48,446 nt of DNA, taken from the NCBI RefSeq assembly GCF_001194135.2, contig NC_068997.1, forward strand, positions 29,036,579-29,085,024. Direction: 5' to 3'. Below the pieces are notes generated by a model. That model worked only from the letters and a program-made list of their open reading frames with translations. It was not told the DNA's origin and searched no databases. This document shows positions 13,742 to 24,571 of this stretch, one piece after another (positions within the stretch are counted from its first letter, which is position 1; each line of letters starts with the position of its first letter). A program made the position numbers and the translations under genes. Source of the stretch: Octopus bimaculoides. Lineage: Eukaryota.

Positions 13742-14886
13742 CTGAACAGAAAAATAAAATACATTTTATAAAATTATCATCATGATTTAATTATTCATAA
13801 TTCTTTGCTCAGCTGGATGTATAACTTGTAAAGTGAGTACTAGCATACATTATGAAGTACTTATTTAATTTAACTTAATGAAAATCATACCCTTTGTGAT
13901 TGGAACAAAACCATTCTCCAAATGATTAATTCTAGGAGAGAGAGAGGGGGGAAAGGGGAGACAACCCCATAATTTTAAATAAGCTGTAACGACTGAATCT
14001 GATCTTTTGTAATAAAAGTGAAATTTTTAGTCATTTAGAAAAAGATTTGTTCTCCTCGTCAAGGGTGTAATTTTGATAAATTTAAATTTCTCAGTGGCAT
14101 ACTCTACCAGATATACCAGTACCCACTTTACTATTAAATTTTAATACAACATCTCTACTTTTTCCCCCCTGCACACACTTTAATTAAGTTAGTATTTATG
14201 AATCATACTTCAAAACTGAAAATAAGACCACCCTTATATGATATAAGGGTGGGAATAACTAAGAAGAAGAGATGACAGTGATAGGGTGTCAAAGCCAGAA
14301 CCCAAGGTGAGCATGAGAGAGGAGACAGACAGTGGATCAAGGTGGGGACAGAGAGTTACATAAGAGTGCGAGAAGAGAATACCGAATGGTTACAGATAGG
14401 GGTAGACATGAATATAGAGAGTGAAGAACAAGGGTGGAGGCACAGTTGAAGGGAAATATCAGTATGGAGAGGAGGGGGTTGGGATAAGGTGAGAGAGATA
14501 ATGATTTTATCTTTCCAGAACAAAAATGAAAATCTGCCTGACTGGCTCCCTGTGCTGGTGGCATGTAAAAAGCACCATCGGAACATGGCCGATACCAGTG
14601 CCACCCGACTGGCTCCCGTGCTGGTGGTATGTAAACGGCACCCACTAACTACACTCTTGGAGTTTGGCATTAGGAAGGGCATCCAGCTGTAGAAACATCA
14701 CCAGATCAGATTGGAGCCTGGTGTGGCCTCCTGGCTTGCCAGTCCCCAGTCAAACCGTCCAACCCATGCCAGCATGGAAAACGGACGTTAAACGATGATG
14801 ATGACATCTTCTCAATATTGTGACCAAACAATCAATGTAGGAAATTTAAAACTCCAAAACAAATTTTGTTAAATGGTTTTACTTAC

Positions 14887-14925
14887 TTCGTAATATACAT
14901 CTTCATGGCACCATGATAAATACAG
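14887..14925 (-). CDS. MTX2: Metaxin-2 exon 6: LYLSWCHEDVYYE
   Basis: ctttcag / gtaagt, 39 nt, phase 0-0; LYLxWC motif. Confidence 0.95.
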
Positions 14926-15364
14926 CTGAAAGAAAGAAAGAAAACTATATTCCAAATAACAAACCAACTTAATGCAGCGAAACTAAATTCAGAAACTGTG
15001 CTCAGACATGAAAATAAGATCTCCACTGCACTCCTTTTCACTCATCTACACCAACATCCTTCTCAAGTCTATTTACACACTGATTAAATCAGCCTTCAAA
15101 AACACTGGTGATTGTGCCACATAAAAAGTACTGGTGCCACCTATAAAGCACTAGTGCTCATGCACACCAACATTACACGTCCAGCTATATTCCTCACTAT
15201 TTTAGTCATTTTTCTATGAATACATCAACAATATTTAGCAACTTTAGCACAATGAAAGCTAGAATATTAAATAACAGCATGGAAAAAAACGGACGTTAAA
15301 TGATGATGAACAAGTAAGAAATCATTGATTAACATGAGAATTGAAGCAAAAATAAAAGACTGAC

Positions 15365-15457
15365 CTCAGCATTAATAAGAATGCTCTCCACGAGGGCCAT
15401 GTAAGCTCTCATTTCAGATTGTTGAGAGTCAGATAAATGATTGCTGATGTGGAACCC
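15365..15457 (-). CDS. MTX2: Metaxin-2 exon 5: GFHISNHLSDSQQSEMRAYMALVESILINAE
   Basis: ttcacag / gtcagt, 93 nt, phase 0-0; EMxAYMxLV motif. Confidence 0.97.
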
Positions 15458-15919
15458 CTGTGAAATTAGAAAGAGACACGATACAATTAAAAACAGCAAC
15501 AGCAGTAGTTTAACTTGAGTGCGATGAAATAAGAGAGAAATAAGAGATGAAATTGTTTGCCGTTTTATCTGTCAAAGTTATAAATTCAACGATAATCTGA
15601 AGTGAACCATTTTGTCAGTCATTTGTTATTGACAAAAAGGAAATCAGTAATAAACTAAAAGTGTTTCAATAAACTGATATTTCTCTTTTTCTGTAAAATT
15701 GCTTTCAGCCTAAATAAGAAATCATTAACTTGTTAAAGGCCATAATTCAACTTTAAATATTACTTATAAATGTTTACGGTTTCTCATCTTCTAAGGACTC
15801 TTTGAGTATATTTATCTCGTTATATTGTTTATTTTATTTGCTCTCAAAGAATACTGGAAATATGAAGTAACAAAAGAAACACAAAAGACTCTATAATATT
15901 TCTAGCAAATTTAAAAAGC

Positions 15920-16213
15920 ACCATTCGAGTGTGGTCAATGCCAGTGCCTCCTGACTGGCTTCCGTGCCAGTGGCACATAAAAAGCACCATTCAAGCGTGG
16001 CTGATGCCAGTACTGCCTGACTGGCCCTCGTGCCAGTGGCATGTAAAAAGCATCCACTACACTCTCAGAGTGGTTGGTGTTAGGAATGGTATCCAGCTGT
16101 AGAAACACTGCCAGATCAGATTGGAGGCTGGTGCAGCTTTCTGGCTAACCAGCCCTCAAATTGTCCAACCCATGCCAGGATGGAAAGCAGACATTAAACA
16201 ACGATGATGATGA
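15920..16213 (+). mobile_element. SINE family B with internal about 60-bp tandem subunits
   Basis: Two GTGGCAC(A/G)TAAAAAGCA...GCCAGT...CTGACTGGC units, then GGAATGGTATCCAGCTGTAGAAAC...CCCATGCCAGGATGGAAA...(GAT)n. Similar copies at 14550-14805 (+), 17560-17860 (-), 31545-31910 (-), 35764-36060 (-) and 45070-45470 (-). Confidence 0.85.
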
Positions 16214-16638
16214 GAAGGATTTCCCAAAAATGAGACATTGACCATTAATGAGGTAATACAATAAACTACCTCAGTCAATTTCAAAAAACCATTTGCCTGA
16301 AAAGAAGGTGAGCAGGCCACCATGACTAAAATGCAATTAAAGCATTCAAAAATGTCATATTCATCTACACTGGACCCTCCCGCTCACCCCCCTCCCCACC
16401 TAACATGCTCTAGCTTCACCCTGCTGTACTCCCAGCCAGCACTCTCACTCCTCCAGGTCACCTCTATGGCCACAAATACATCTACACTTACCTTTATTTC
16501 ATCACTCACTCTTACCTTTGTTCACCTCTACTATTGCTAAAATTATCACTTCACCCCCAAATATCCCAGCTTTTCCCCCCATCATGCTCTTTCCCCTTCT
16601 ACCTTTTCACCTATTCTGTTAATTAGTCATGTACAAAC

Positions 16639-16715
16639 CTTGGTGTTAACGAATGCAATAATTGGGTCCATTTCAGAGATCAGGAATGGTCCTACTTTGA
16701 TAAATGGTATTTTAC
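16639..16715 (-). CDS. MTX2: Metaxin-2 exon 4: (G)KIPFIKVGPFLISEMDPIIAFVNTK
   Basis: cttcag / gtttgt, 77 nt, phase 1 to 0; SPSGKxPFI GST-N-like motif spans the junction. Confidence 0.97.
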
Positions 16716-16846
16716 CTGAAGTAGGAAAAAAATTCAATCAATTCTAAATACCAAAATCAAACATTTCAAATAAATACAAAGACTATGAAGAAGAAAAAGA
16801 AGAAGAAGAAGAAATGCTCTTCACAATTTCTCTTTGTCTTTCTCAC

Positions 16847-16966
16847 CGGAAGGAGACATTTCCTCAGCATTGACACGCAGTTCTAGGTTAAAATTCAACC
16901 CACACATTTTTAGAAATGTCTTCACACTCAGACAGTTAGCAGAATCAGTCAGCAATATCTGCTCCT
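16847..16966 (-). CDS. MTX2: Metaxin-2 exon 3: (K)[39 protein letters not shown](G)
   Basis: tttcag / gtgaga, 120 nt, phase 1-1; EQILL.D.A..L.V..FL.MC and NAE.MSPSG are diagnostic of metaxin-2. Confidence 0.97.
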
Positions 16967-17457
16967 CTGAAACAAAACAAATAAAACACCAGTGAAATAA
17001 TATTTCAGAAACAAAAATATAATCAAAAGCATTCATTTTTATTATTGTTTTCAATGAAATTATTTGAAACATCATACAACATGAGAACCAAATAATTCAC
17101 TACGCAAAAACATATCTAATATTTTAAATACTTTGATAAATCATGTGATGGATATATATATATAGATATATATATATATATATATATTAGCTTAAAGACA
17201 GACCATTTCATCTTGAAAGCAGTTGTTGCATTAACCCCTTAGCATTTCAACCAGCCCAAACATTCTACTTGTTTTATGTTCCAACCAGCCAAATCTGGCT
17301 TCTTACACCTACCCAACAACATCATTTTAAAATTAAACAACCACATTCTTGGTGTCCGACAAAATCAAAAGAAATTAGTATTCCAGAATCAATTCAACAA
17401 GACTTTGCATTTGTTGTTCTGAAGCAGTTAATGGGAAATGAAAATTTTTTTACTAAC

Positions 17458-17505
17458 TTTCATAAGGTTGGTAAAGGGCTGCATCATCAGGCCAAGGGAC
17501 GGAAG
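17458..17505 (-). CDS. MTX2: Metaxin-2 exon 2: (A)SVPWPDDAALYQPYE(K)
   Basis: ccacag / gttagt, 48 nt, phase 1-1; PWP..A.LYQ motif. Confidence 0.95.
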
Positions 17506-19005
17506 CTGTGGAGAAAATGAAAAAAAAGAAAAAACAGAAAATATATCAATTTCATATGTACATCATCATTTAATATCCGCTTTCCATGCTGGCATGGGTT
17601 GGACGGTTTGACTGGGGACTGGCAAGCCAGGAGGCCACACCAGGTTCTAATCTGATCTGGCACTGTTTCTACAGCTGGATGCCCTTCCTAACGCCAACCA
17701 CTCCGAGAGTGTCAGTGGGTGCTTTTTACATGCCACCAGCACGGGAGCCAGTCAGATGGCACTGGCACTGGCCACGTCTGGATGGGGCTTTTTACATGCT
17801 ACCAGCACAGGTGCCAGTTGGGGTAGGAGGGCTGGCAGCGACCAAGTTCGGAAGGTGCTTTTCCATGCTAGCATGTACGTGTGTATATATATATATATGT
17901 GTGCTTGTGTGTGTGTGTGTGCAAACGTTCATGTGTCCATGTGCTTGTTTTCACATGTGCTTCTCCGAAAATCCCACAGCTACGGCAGTGACAATGCTGT
18001 CATCTCCAACTTTACACTTTTAAACAGGTAAGGGTTGGCAACAGGAAAGATACCCAGCTGTAAAACTGTCTCAATGATATTTTTTCTAACCCTTGCAAAC
18101 ATGACAAATGGACATAAAAATGAAGGAACAAAGATACATATAAGTATAATTTTGTATGAAGCTCTCTCCTTTCTTCTGTCTTTAAATAAAGCATTATAGA
18201 TTGATGAAAATTTGATTTGGTAATCACTCAGAACATGTCCTCACCAGCACTGTCATCTCTCTTGTCAAAGTGCTTTCTCAACTTATTTCTAATTCACCTT
18301 TCATATCTAGTGTAAAATATATCCAACTCATTTCACTTCAGTCTTTCTTGCATCATCACATTCCTTCTCTATGCTTGTTTACAGACTGTCCTGCAATCTG
18401 AGAGAAACTCTTACTTCACAAAAACGATATTGGCTTCTTCAGTTTCTTCCATTCATTTTAGCGTGCAGTCTACCTAGCCATTTACACTTTAGCATGCAGT
18501 CTAACCCCAGCCTAGATCAGGTCATTTCACAATATAGCCTATGGATATTGTAGTGGTCTGCACTCTAAAGGAGCACCTTTTTTTCCCCCGTTTCCTTTAA
18601 CAAGTTAGTCAGAGAAGAAAGAACAGTACCCATGTCCTTCCTATTGGGTTGGCGAGACTGAACCAGCCGATGCATCACCAGAACATCTCCAGGGAAAACA
18701 AAGGTAAAAAAAGAGGCAAGGAATCTGGTTGGAATGCTTGCAACAGATTGAATTCCTCTGAAGACAGCCAAGTACTTAATTAGTGCTAATTAGAGCACCT
18801 TGGTAACAATTGTTATCAACTGCATCTAATGAAGTGTCTGCATAGCCTATTACTGACAATTTCCTAGACATTTATTTGAAACCTGCTTTTTCTGTAAGCT
18901 TAAAACAGAGACTCCTCTACATCTCCTCTGTATACATCGTTTTCTCGATATTTTAATTGATTCCATCTTGCTGCAGCATGTTCAATGTTGTCCTTTTATA
19001 AACAA

Positions 19006-20244
19006 CTAGCAGAAATACCCGGCTTTGCCCGGGTTAAAGAGAATAATGAAATCTAAAAACGCCGTCTAGACTACGCAACCCTCAACTGTTAGTAGCTACA
19101 ATACCATATTTCTACATTAATAACTCTCCAATCCATGCCAGCATGGAACATAGACATTAAGTGGAATGCCAGTCTCTCATCTAGGAGAGCCTTGAAATCA
19201 ATGTTACCAACTGGGGACTATGTGTGTCGTAGTGATAATAAAAAGACCCAAAGGAAGTCTGCAACGAAATAATTTTACTCAACACTTTGCAAGTGAATCA
19301 GTGGAGGCAAAGATGCGTCTCATTTACTTGACAATTTATGTACCACATTGNNNNNNNNNNNNNNNNNNNNNNNNNNNNNNNNNNNNNNNNNNNNNNNNNN
19401 NNNNNNNNNNNNNNNNNNNNNNNNNNNNNNNNNNNNNNNNNNNNNNNNNNNNNNNNNNNNNNNNNNNNNNNNNNNNNNNNNNNNNNNNNNNNNNNNNNNN
19501 NNNNNNNNNNNNNNNNNNNNNNNNNNNNNNNNNNNNNNNNNNNNNNNNNNNNNNNNNNNNNNNNNNNNNNNNNNNNNNNNNNNNNNNNNNNNNNNNNNNN
19601 NNNNNNNNNNNNNNNNNNNNNNNNNNNNNNNNNNNNNNNNNNNNNNNNNNNNNNNNNNNNNNNNNNNNNNNNNNNNNNNNNNNNNNNNNNNNNNNNNNNN
19701 NNNNNNNNNNNNNNNNNNNNNNNNNNNNNNNNNNNNNNNNNNNNNNNNNNNNNNNNNNNNNNNNNNNNNNNNNNNNNNNNNNNNNNNNNNNNNNNNNNNN
19801 NNNNNNNNNNNNNNNNNNNNNNNNNNNNNNNNNNNNNNNNNNNNNNNNNNNNNNNNNNNNNNNNNNNNNNNNNNNNNNNNNNNNNNNNNNNNNNNNNNNN
19901 NNNNNNNNNNNNNNNNNNNNNNNNNNNNNNNNAGTATCTGTCATTACAGTATCGAAATGTGATTGTTTCAGTTAGTAGAATAGTTTCATTTTTAAAGTGA
20001 AAGTATTTGACATGAGTGTTTTTGTTTCACTTTTGACACGTAATACTTAAATAGTGGAGGAGATATTATGTTACTGTGGGCTCGAACTCTGCAAGAAGTT
20101 AAAATTTTTTTTTACTAAAACACAACTGGAACCCTAAGTAAGGCATCTGTAAAATTTGAATGAAATTGGTTGCGTAGTTCTCGAGTTTTAGGGATTCACA
20201 CAGACAGACAGACAGACACACATTCTCATTTTTATATATATAGA
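19006..20244 (-). mobile_element. Non-autonomous Helitron with both termini (spans a gap) in MTX2 intron 1
   Basis: Minus strand: 5' A|TCTATATATAT at 20244; 3' hairpin ACCCGGGCAAAGCCGGGT (19034-19017) then CTAG|T at 19009-19006; inserted in an AT dinucleotide with no TSD. Continuity across the N gap is assumed. Confidence 0.8.
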
Positions 20245-20520
20245 TGTGGTGTTTCTGTCGCAACTTGTAAAACAACGGTAATTAAACAAAAAGGCACTGA
20301 CGTTTAAATTGACTTATATAACACGCTATTTGAATATCTTTCGTCATCCTAGTAATATTTGAAAAAAAAAAGGAAATGGGTTGATAAGGGATTGACCAGT
20401 ATCCAAGAATACCCGCTAATTAAAATGCAAAAATAAAAAATTGTTTAATCCGAATTCAGCAAACCTACGTTCACGGGCATTCAGTTATAACCATCTTTGA
20501 GGTTGAGGAGAAGGTATTGG

Positions 20521-20892
20521 CGGTAATCTTCCAGTTTCGAGAGGTTAAAAAAGTAAATAAAATACAAGGGAAATAACTGAACGTCTTACCAGTATTATCC
20601 GTACTACTTTGTTTATAAATAAATCACGTGATTTGATTGACGTTAACTGTTTATATATAAATCACACACGTGATTGAATATCATAGTTTCTTATGAGACA
20701 TTGAAAATGCCTCGTGGAAGACCGGCTGCACAACATCTAACCCTAACCCTAAACTTCTATAAAAAAAAATTCCGTCGCATGCTGTTTTAGAGAAAAAGTA
20801 GTACGGATAATACTGGTAAGTCGTTCAGTTATTTCCCTTGAATTGAATATTTTTATTTATTTCTTTTACCTCTCGAAACTGGAAGATTACCG
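20521..20892. mobile_element. 372-bp non-autonomous TIR element flanked by TATTGG direct repeats
   Basis: Arms 20521-20611 and 20796-20892 are near-perfect inverted repeats (CGGTAATCTTCCAGTTTCGAGAGG...CCAGTATTATCCGTACTACTTT); TATTGG at 20515-20520 and 20893-20898; internal CTAACCCTAACCCTAA. Confidence 0.85.
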
Positions 20893-21121
20893 TATTGGCT
20901 ACCATCTCTACTAGGGCGAGCGACCATGTAGGGGCTGAGTAGCTTGAGAGGTTCCACTGCGTTGGCATGTCGTGAGAACTAAAAATAGCGTCAGAGGAGA
21001 AACGTTGACCTAGTATTCACCTCTAAAACAGCAGGAACAATAAACACACAAACCGTAATCCAATTGATTAAATTAATCAATGTATAACTTCAATAAATCC
21101 TTGTTATATAAAAACACTCAC

Positions 21122-21164
21122 CTCCAATTTCGGCCTGGACAACCTCCACAACCAACGAAGACAT
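21122..21164 (-). CDS. MTX2: Metaxin-2 exon 1 (start): MSSLVVEVVQAEIG
   Basis: ATG at 21164-21162, GTGAGT donor at 21121; 43 nt, phase 1; resembles the MSLVAE... N-terminus of MTX2. The nine exons total 771 nt = 256 aa plus stop. Confidence 0.93.
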
Positions 21165-21183
21165 GACGAGATGAACTCAACCG

Positions 21184-21192
21184 CAGGAAGTG
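21184..21192 (+). promoter_or_regulatory. ETS/GABP-like motif CAGGAAGTG 20 nt upstream of the MTX2 ATG
   Basis: Motif seen directly in a locally CpG-enriched segment; function inferred only. Confidence 0.4.
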
Positions 21193-24100
21193 AATTTCGT
21201 ACGAGAAACTTAACGGTGTAAAGGCAAATAATTATCCGCTTTTGTATTTTACCGAACAGTTTAATGTTATAATTTGTGTTGGGTTCTTTTTTTTTTTATT
21301 ACATTCTTATTACTTTTTCTGCAAGTTTAAATATAATTTCTACAGCGATTGAGTTAGACTTTGAGGTTTCATTTCTTTGGTTACATAATGTCGATTTATA
21401 ACCTGTATTTTGTGTCCAAGTTGTACCTTTATCGAGAGAAGTTTCCTCCAATTAAAAAAAAAGAAAAACTAAGACATCTTCCTTCAATTTTCTCAAAGTT
21501 GTTTCTTTTAGTTAAGAACACACCGAGGATGAGTTTATAAATCCAGAAATATTTGGAACCATACAGAAATTTGTTTTCCTAAGGTTGACGAATGCAAATG
21601 AAATGCTTCTATAATACTATCAAATATATCATATCCATCAGTTTTGTTATGAGGCGAAATTAATTTCGCATTTCGACAACTCGATATTTGAACGGGAAAT
21701 AATTTCATTTATGAAAGACGCATTTAGATTTTAAAATGAACGTATTTGCGAAAACGGTAACATTCATTTTAAAATGAAAGCCGAAGATTTATAGATCATC
21801 TTTGGAGTATAGAAAGCGCCGTATATATTTTTGTTTTGTAACAAACAAAACTATTTAATAATTTTCAAAATATTCTTTAATTTGTCGATCAATCTTTTAG
21901 GATTGCGTTCTTCAAGGGAGGTAACTTTGTAAGAATTCTTGAAACGTCTTTTAACTTCAAGACACCCTTGCCGCTTTCTCCTTTTTAAACAAGATGTAGA
22001 AGACCAAGTTTATTGATTCGTTTCTATGATTTCTTTACCTTTAAACTTGGTTGATTCTGCCAAGCCTTTTTAATTACATTGAAGGAAAGGAGCGAGTCTT
22101 TTGAATTCTCTATTGAAATTATATATATTTACAAATAAGAGTAATTTTGGTCAGAAGCTGTAGATGCAATGGATTATTAAGGAAATTGGAGGTAAATTTT
22201 CAAAAATTATAGAATACTGGACGTCAATAATCTGGAATTGTTATTTGTAACCATTTCATCTGTCATTCTAAATTAGGTTTTCCAATCATGGGTTTGACAA
22301 AGAGATCCACACTCAGTCCCAAACCTTTCACTTTGGCCTTTGAGAGTTTAGTACCTTGACAACGCTTGTATTAGTGGTGATCCTACCAAGTGCTGAAACT
22401 CTGCTCAACAACTTATGTATAAACTATATGGTCTCTGACCAAAGGTGGATAAAGCCAGGTTAATACGCACAAAAACATAGCAGAGTACTTCATGAGTTTT
22501 ATTTTCCCTCAAAAGTAATTACTCTTCAGGGTGACACGTAAAAGCACCCACTACACTCTCTGAGTGGTTGGCGTTAGGAAGGGCATCCAGCTGTAGAAAC
22601 TGCCAAATTAGATTGGAGCCTGGTGTTGCCATCCGGTTTCACCAGTCCTCAGTCAAATCGTCCAACCCATGCTAGCATGGAAAGCAGACGTTAAACGATG
22701 ATGATGATGAGTACCATTAATTGGTTCCAACTTTCGGCACAAGGCCAGCAGTTTCAGGGAAGAGGGTACACTGGTCACATCGACCCCAGTGTGCAACTGG
22801 TACTTATTTTATCAACCCTGAAAAGATGAACAGCAAAATGGACCCTGGCAGAATTTGAACTCACAACATAAAGATGAACAAATGCTATTTAGCATTTTGC
22901 TTAGCCTACTAACGATTCTGCCAACTCACCACCTTATGAATACCATTAACTGGCTCTTGCACTCTAATAACTATCTCAGCAAAGATACAAAATTTGTTAT
23001 TCTTAGGAATATTGGTGATGCATAACAGCAACAAACTTTCTTATTTGTTCCTAAAAATCGTCTTTGATTCTAAACTTGATTTATATCTTTTAAGAAACAG
23101 TCTTACATTTAATTCAGCATGGAAAGTATGCAATGGTGAAGACCCCATGATGGAAGTTTGCCTTAGTTGTATCCCCTCCACCTCCCCTTCAGCCTACTTA
23201 TCTTATAAGTCATCAAGTTTGCTCCTCACTGTCAATAATGTTATATTCTCCTCTACTGACCTCAAAAAGGTCGTCCCTTGGACTGTCTTTGCACTTCAAG
23301 TTGACAACACTGAATGCAGCATTACAGCACCTATTTCAGACAATGTGACAAGAATCTGCTTTGACCTTCACTAAGCAGTCCCTCTCCTGAGAGGAACTGG
23401 ATGTAGCGATCCCAAAGGAAGACTCTCATCCTTGATTCATCAACCTTTCTGCTATTATCCAATCAATTGTTGAATCCAAGCTCTACTATTAGCCTAAAAC
23501 ACTCCTGAACCTGCTTCGTCCAATTGCTATGCATCCAGTCTTATTCTTTGGGACGAACTGTTTTTCATCATCATTATCACCATCGTTTGATATCTGCCTT
23601 CCATACTGGCATGGGTGGTATGGTTTGACAGGAGCCAGCCAGGCTGAAGCCTGCACCAGACTTCTGTGACTGTTTTGGCATGATTTTTACAGCTGGATGT
23701 CCTTCCCAACGCCAACCACCCAGCAGAGTTTCCGTAACAAAAATTTCTGCATAGCTTTCACAGTACCCTATGCTACAACTGGATGTCTTGCTTCATCGGT
23801 CTCAAAAATTCCACCCAGTATAGAGCAGAAGAGATATGTAACAGGTTGTCTGACAACACCGAATGGCAAAAGGATACTTTCTGTTGGATACAGTGACTTG
23901 TTAATTTGATTTTATTTATTTATGTCCTTATTACCTTATGATTACAGATTTACTTGACATGACTGTGTTAGACTGATTTCTTCTAAGACTCTGACAGTAA
24001 AAGGAGACCAACAGAATAAATAACAGATTTAAAGCAAGTCATGGGGTTGATTTGTCCAACTAAACCCTTTGAGGCAGTGCTCCAGCCAGGCCACAGTCCA

Positions 24101-24378
24101 ATGAGTGAAACAAAGATGTTGGATGTGCAATATAACTTACATCAGTGATAGAATAAAAGTGAACTGAAAGAATGAGTGGATCTTAAAATGTGTGTGCAGA
24201 AACAGCTGGGGCAGTAAGGATGAGAAGCAAACAATGTCTCAAATATTACAAGAATACATTCAAGGAATAAGACCAAAGTTAATTATCAAAAGGATGATTT
24301 CAAAGAATGAAATAAAACAGAAAGCATGAGAATTATTTGGTTTAATAGAAAAATTTACAAATTTTAAAATAATTTAAA

Positions 24379-24571
24379 CTAAGAGATAATTTGTTTTGTT
24401 TCCTGATTAAGATCTGTTTTGTGATTTTCACTCAAATTATCCTCTATTTCTGTATCAGGTTCTGTCTTTTGTTTGGATTTTGTGGTGTCTGATGCAGTCT
24501 GTGGATTTTCTCGTGTTGCCACTGGAAGCAAATCACCCCATTTACAACAAGATGCACATTTATAAGCTTCC
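24379..24571 (-). CDS. METTL17: METTL17 terminal exon (15): (K)EAYKCASCCKWGDLLPVATRENPQ...ETKQIIS*
   Basis: ctttcag acceptor, phase 2; Y.CA....WGDLLP is the RSM22/METTL17 C-terminal motif; TAG at 24381-24379. Confidence 0.95.

Noticed and set aside
15920-16090. Repeated about 60-bp units that superficially resemble a CRISPR array (also 31730-31910, 45240-45450)
   Set aside because: Degenerate tandem subunits of a eukaryotic SINE; no unique spacers, no cas genes, animal context.
19220-20000. Long ORFs of 200-300 aa here and at 32915-33274, 42370-42965 and 44066-45006
   Set aside because: They consist of X residues from N gaps plus (TA)n; not real coding sequence.
22295-22318. AGATCCACACTCA, similar to part of miR-279
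   Set aside because: The 5' seed region does not match and no complementary arm is nearby.
22994-23520. 126-aa + strand ORF
   Set aside because: No protein motif; flanked by SINEs and more consistent with the antisense of a decayed LINE fragment; family could not be assigned.
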